Source: Candidatus Borrarchaeum weybense (GTDB lineage Archaea; Asgardarchaeota; Sifarchaeia; Borrarchaeales; Borrarchaeaceae). From it: DNA of 64,000 nucleotides. How positions within the stretch are numbered: position 1 is the first letter of the stretch; each line of letters opens with the position of its first letter. Both the position numbers and the translations under genes were made by a program. The stretch spans positions 980,727-1,044,726 of the forward strand of contig JAHQJS010000004.1 of NCBI GenBank assembly GCA_019057385.1, read 5' to 3'. The notes beneath the pieces were generated by a model. The model searched no databases. It saw nothing but the letters and a program-made list of their open reading frames with translations, and was not told where the DNA came from. This document shows positions 61,386-64,000 of this stretch, piece after piece.

Positions 61386-62090
61386 ATGGAGTTGACTATG
61401 AAAATTACTGGTGAATTACACAAAGGTGTTTTTTTAAGGCGTTTAAATCGTTTTGTAGCAGAGGTCGAAGTAAATAACGAAAAGCATCTTGCGCATGTTG
61501 CTGACCCTGGGCGTATGAAAGAGCTATTATTACCTAGAACTGAAGTTCTCTTGCGAAAAATTACCTTGAATGAAAAAAGAAAGACTAATTGGGATATGTT
61601 GGGAGTTTATACTCCAACAAGCTTAGTTTCTGTCGACTCTAGGCTCCCAAATGATTTGATAGCTGAAGCACTAAAAGATTCCCGATTAAAAGAATTCTCT
61701 GAATATGAACTCGTTCGAAGAGAATACACATATGACTCCAGTCGGTTTGATTTTTTGTTACAATCAAAAGAAAACCAATGTTTGTTAGAGGTAAAATCTT
61801 GCACCCTAGTTAAAAATGAGCATGCCTTTTTTCCTGATGCCCCAACAATAAGGGGCAGAAGACACCTGCTAGAACTAATTAAAGCGAAACATGAGGGTTA
61901 TCGCGCTTGTGTCATTTTCGTTATTCAACGAGATGATGCATCTGTTTTTTCTCCAAACGATGAAATTGATCCCGATTTTTCAGATACATTACGACTTGCT
62001 GCTTCCGAGAGCGTAGAAGTCTTTGCTTACCGATGTGAAGTTACTGAGACATCAATTAAATTAAAGGAACAGGTTGACATCGTTCTTTAA
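61386..62090 (+). CDS. sfsA: DNA/RNA nuclease SfsA
   Basis: RLNRF, H..DPGRM.ELL, SRFDF, EVKSCTL, FPDAPT.RG.RHL. Confidence 0.93.
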   Translation: MELTMKITGELHKGVFLRRLNRFVAEVEVNNEKHLAHVADPGRMKELLLPRTEVLLRKITLNEKRKTNWDMLGVYTPTSLVSVDSRLPNDLIAEALKDSRLKEFSEYELVRREYTYDSSRFDFLLQSKENQCLLEVKSCTLVKNEHAFFPDAPTIRGRRHLLELIKAKHEGYRACVIFVIQRDDASVFSPNDEIDPDFSDTLRLAASESVEVFAYRCEVTETSIKLKEQVDIVL

Positions 62091-62168
62091 ATTTACCTAT
62101 ATAATTTTAATAATGGACATCTTAGTCCTTATAAAAATGGGACAAATCATCATGGAGTATGAATTATC

Positions 62169-63170
62169 ATGAACTCAAGAGAACGAGTTTTAACAACATT
62201 TCAGTTTGAAGAACCAGACCGAGTTCCCCTCTTTGAAGCCTGGATTGAAGGGGTAATAATGGATGCAATTGGTAATGGCGACCCATATAAAACTCGTGAA
62301 AGACTCGGTCTTGATTGTATGCCAATAGCAGTTGGGCATCCTAAAAGCACTAACGCCTGGAAAACCGGAACTGATGAATGGGGGCGGATTTTCAAAAATC
62401 ATTGGTACTTAGGAGGCGTTGTAAAGAGCTTAGATGACGTAGAAACATACTCGCCACCATTAGAGTACGCAGAAGAATGGTTTCCCTCTGAAATGATGAA
62501 AAAAACTAGAAAGATTTATGGAGACACTCATGCACTGTATTATGCGTTCCATGATGTATGCTTAGTCCTATCCTATATGAGCATGGGAATGGAAGATTTT
62601 TTCGTAGCAGTTCATAGAAATCGTGAATTGGTAGAAGCTTTAATTCAAAGAAGCACCGATTGGACGATTGCAATGATCGAGCAAGCTAACGCTGCTGAAG
62701 TTGATTTCATTATGATAGGTGATGATGTAGCAGATAGTAAAGGTCCAATGATTTCTCTCAAAAATTTTCGAGAAATGGTACTTCCCAAATACAAAGAAAT
62801 TGTTTCAGCATCTGAAATTCCACTTATCTGGCACTCAGATGGACAAATTCAACCATTACTGCCCTTTATTATCGAGGCAGGATTCGCAGGAGTTCATGCA
62901 CTTGAACCTGATGTTGGAGTGAATATGGGTAAGATTAAGGAACAATATGGTGATAAATTAGTCCTAGTTGGAAACTTAGATGTTACAAATATTTTAACTC
63001 AATCTGATCTAGAATTAGTCCGTAAGGATGTTAAACGTTGTATCAAGCAAGGTGCACCTGGAGGAGGCTATTTATTTTCTTCATCAAATAGCTTGTTTAA
63101 TGGCATGTATATCGAATCAATTCTTGAAGCCTATCGTTATGCCAAAGAAATTGGCTACTATTCTGGATAA
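62169..63170 (+). CDS. Uroporphyrinogen decarboxylase-family (MtaA/CmuA-like) protein
   Basis: MNSRERV...EPDRVP, DEWG, GDD, HSDG, GNLD, GGGY. Confidence 0.82.
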   Translation: MNSRERVLTTFQFEEPDRVPLFEAWIEGVIMDAIGNGDPYKTRERLGLDCMPIAVGHPKSTNAWKTGTDEWGRIFKNHWYLGGVVKSLDDVETYSPPLEYAEEWFPSEMMKKTRKIYGDTHALYYAFHDVCLVLSYMSMGMEDFFVAVHRNRELVEALIQRSTDWTIAMIEQANAAEVDFIMIGDDVADSKGPMISLKNFREMVLPKYKEIVSASEIPLIWHSDGQIQPLLPFIIEAGFAGVHALEPDVGVNMGKIKEQYGDKLVLVGNLDVTNILTQSDLELVRKDVKRCIKQGAPGGGYLFSSSNSLFNGMYIESILEAYRYAKEIGYYSG

Positions 63171-63347
63171 ATAGAATATATCTCACTAAATTCATCCAAA
63201 TATGATAAAAGGCGAGAAAATAGACACGGAAGCATTTGTAATTATAAGAAGAAATTCAACATCCTCTTAAGAAGAAGAGATATTTAGAACACTGGAAAAA
63301 AAAGAAAGAGAGAGTATGACCTCTACTGGATAGAAATAGTGGAATTC

Positions 63348-63923
63348 TCACCAGAAGGGCCCTGGATCGAATATTCCACTCCACCAGAACTGTAGATGTA
63401 CTGTCGCAATCCAGGAGAGGAAACAGAACAACCCGCAGTAGTACGCACCGCCTTTTCCGCCGTATCCGTGTGTAAAGAGGAAGAATCCAAATAGCACAAG
63501 GATATAGAACCACAAGTCAATTTGCAACATTGGTTGTGTTCCACCATATGTCCAAGCGGCCACCGAGCAAATAATTTGTGGCACCATTTCTTGTAGACAG
63601 ACTTGCCCTAAAACTTTACCATCGAAACCAAAGGTATTGACCATGAAACCGACAAGCCATGTAACGGCGTACATGAAGGGAATTGCGGCAAAGATAATGC
63701 TAAAGACACCACCTAATGGATTAGCAATGATGTGCCAAAACCCCTGGAAACTTAATGAATAGCAACCAACTAGACAGGTAGCACCGAGCGCTTTACCCTC
63801 TGCTGGGGTAAATTCATAGCCGAGAAAGATAGCGGCACCGATTGCCCATAATGGAAAGATTAAGCCACTCATTCCAATGGCGACAGCGGGTGCGGGTACT
63901 CCAACAGCACCTGTAAATGGCAT
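63348..63923 (-). CDS. AmiS/UreI-like membrane channel
   Basis: Six TM; FMYAVTWL...FGFDGKVLGQVCL resembles the AmiS/UreI signature. Confidence 0.5.
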   Translation of the reverse strand: MPFTGAVGVPAPAVAIGMSGLIFPLWAIGAAIFLGYEFTPAEGKALGATCLVGCYSLSFQGFWHIIANPLGGVFSIIFAAIPFMYAVTWLVGFMVNTFGFDGKVLGQVCLQEMVPQIICSVAAWTYGGTQPMLQIDLWFYILVLFGFFLFTHGYGGKGGAYYCGLFCFLSWIATVHLQFWWSGIFDPGPFW

Positions 63924-64000
63924 TTTTTAGTTCTCCCATATTCCTTTTTTTGTATAATGTTCGTTGTGTATAAATTTACTTATATATAAGCCTTTTCTAA

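Noticed and set aside
446-63547. Numerous short antisense or overlapping ORFs in the track (e.g. 446..1111, 5780..6202, 36690..37274, 44380..44748)
   Set aside because: Shadows of well-supported genes on the opposite strand, with no motifs of their own.
1-64000. tRNA or rRNA genes
   Set aside because: GGTTCGA-like hits (e.g. ~31453, ~50145) lie in coding contexts and lack cloverleaf arms.

Overview
AT-rich archaeal chromosomal window, very likely from an Asgard archaeon (tandem two-domain gelsolins, a longin-like protein, a V4R-like protein, GTPBP1-type GTPase, type II GAPDH, tungsten-type AOR, ATP-dependent DNA ligase). The housekeeping backbone comprises hisC x2, hisD, hisG, hisB, hisH, hisA, pgk, gap, lig, acdA, paaK, sfsA, larA and a feo iron-uptake cluster that splits the his run. 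Two accessory regions interrupt it: about 19.0-29.6 kb (TnpB-like nuclease, R-M-S fusion gene with relics of a paralogue, MNT) and about 45.5-53.9 kb (HNH, TPR-nitrilase, ViaA/RavA-like pair). The most striking feature is a ~2.36-kb insertion (about 21336-23693) that splits a DNA methyltransferase gene. It carries a Cas7-like RAMP, a Cas5-like RAMP fused to a Cas10-type permuted HD nuclease, and two diverged copies of a ~123-nt structured non-coding element with compensatory base changes, one of which ends at the right junction. No CRISPR array, cas1 or transposase is present. This suggests a mobile, array-less class 1-like RNA-guided module whose guide may come from flanking DNA (inference). 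All protein calls come from motif recognition, not database searches. No tRNA, rRNA or CRISPR array was seen.
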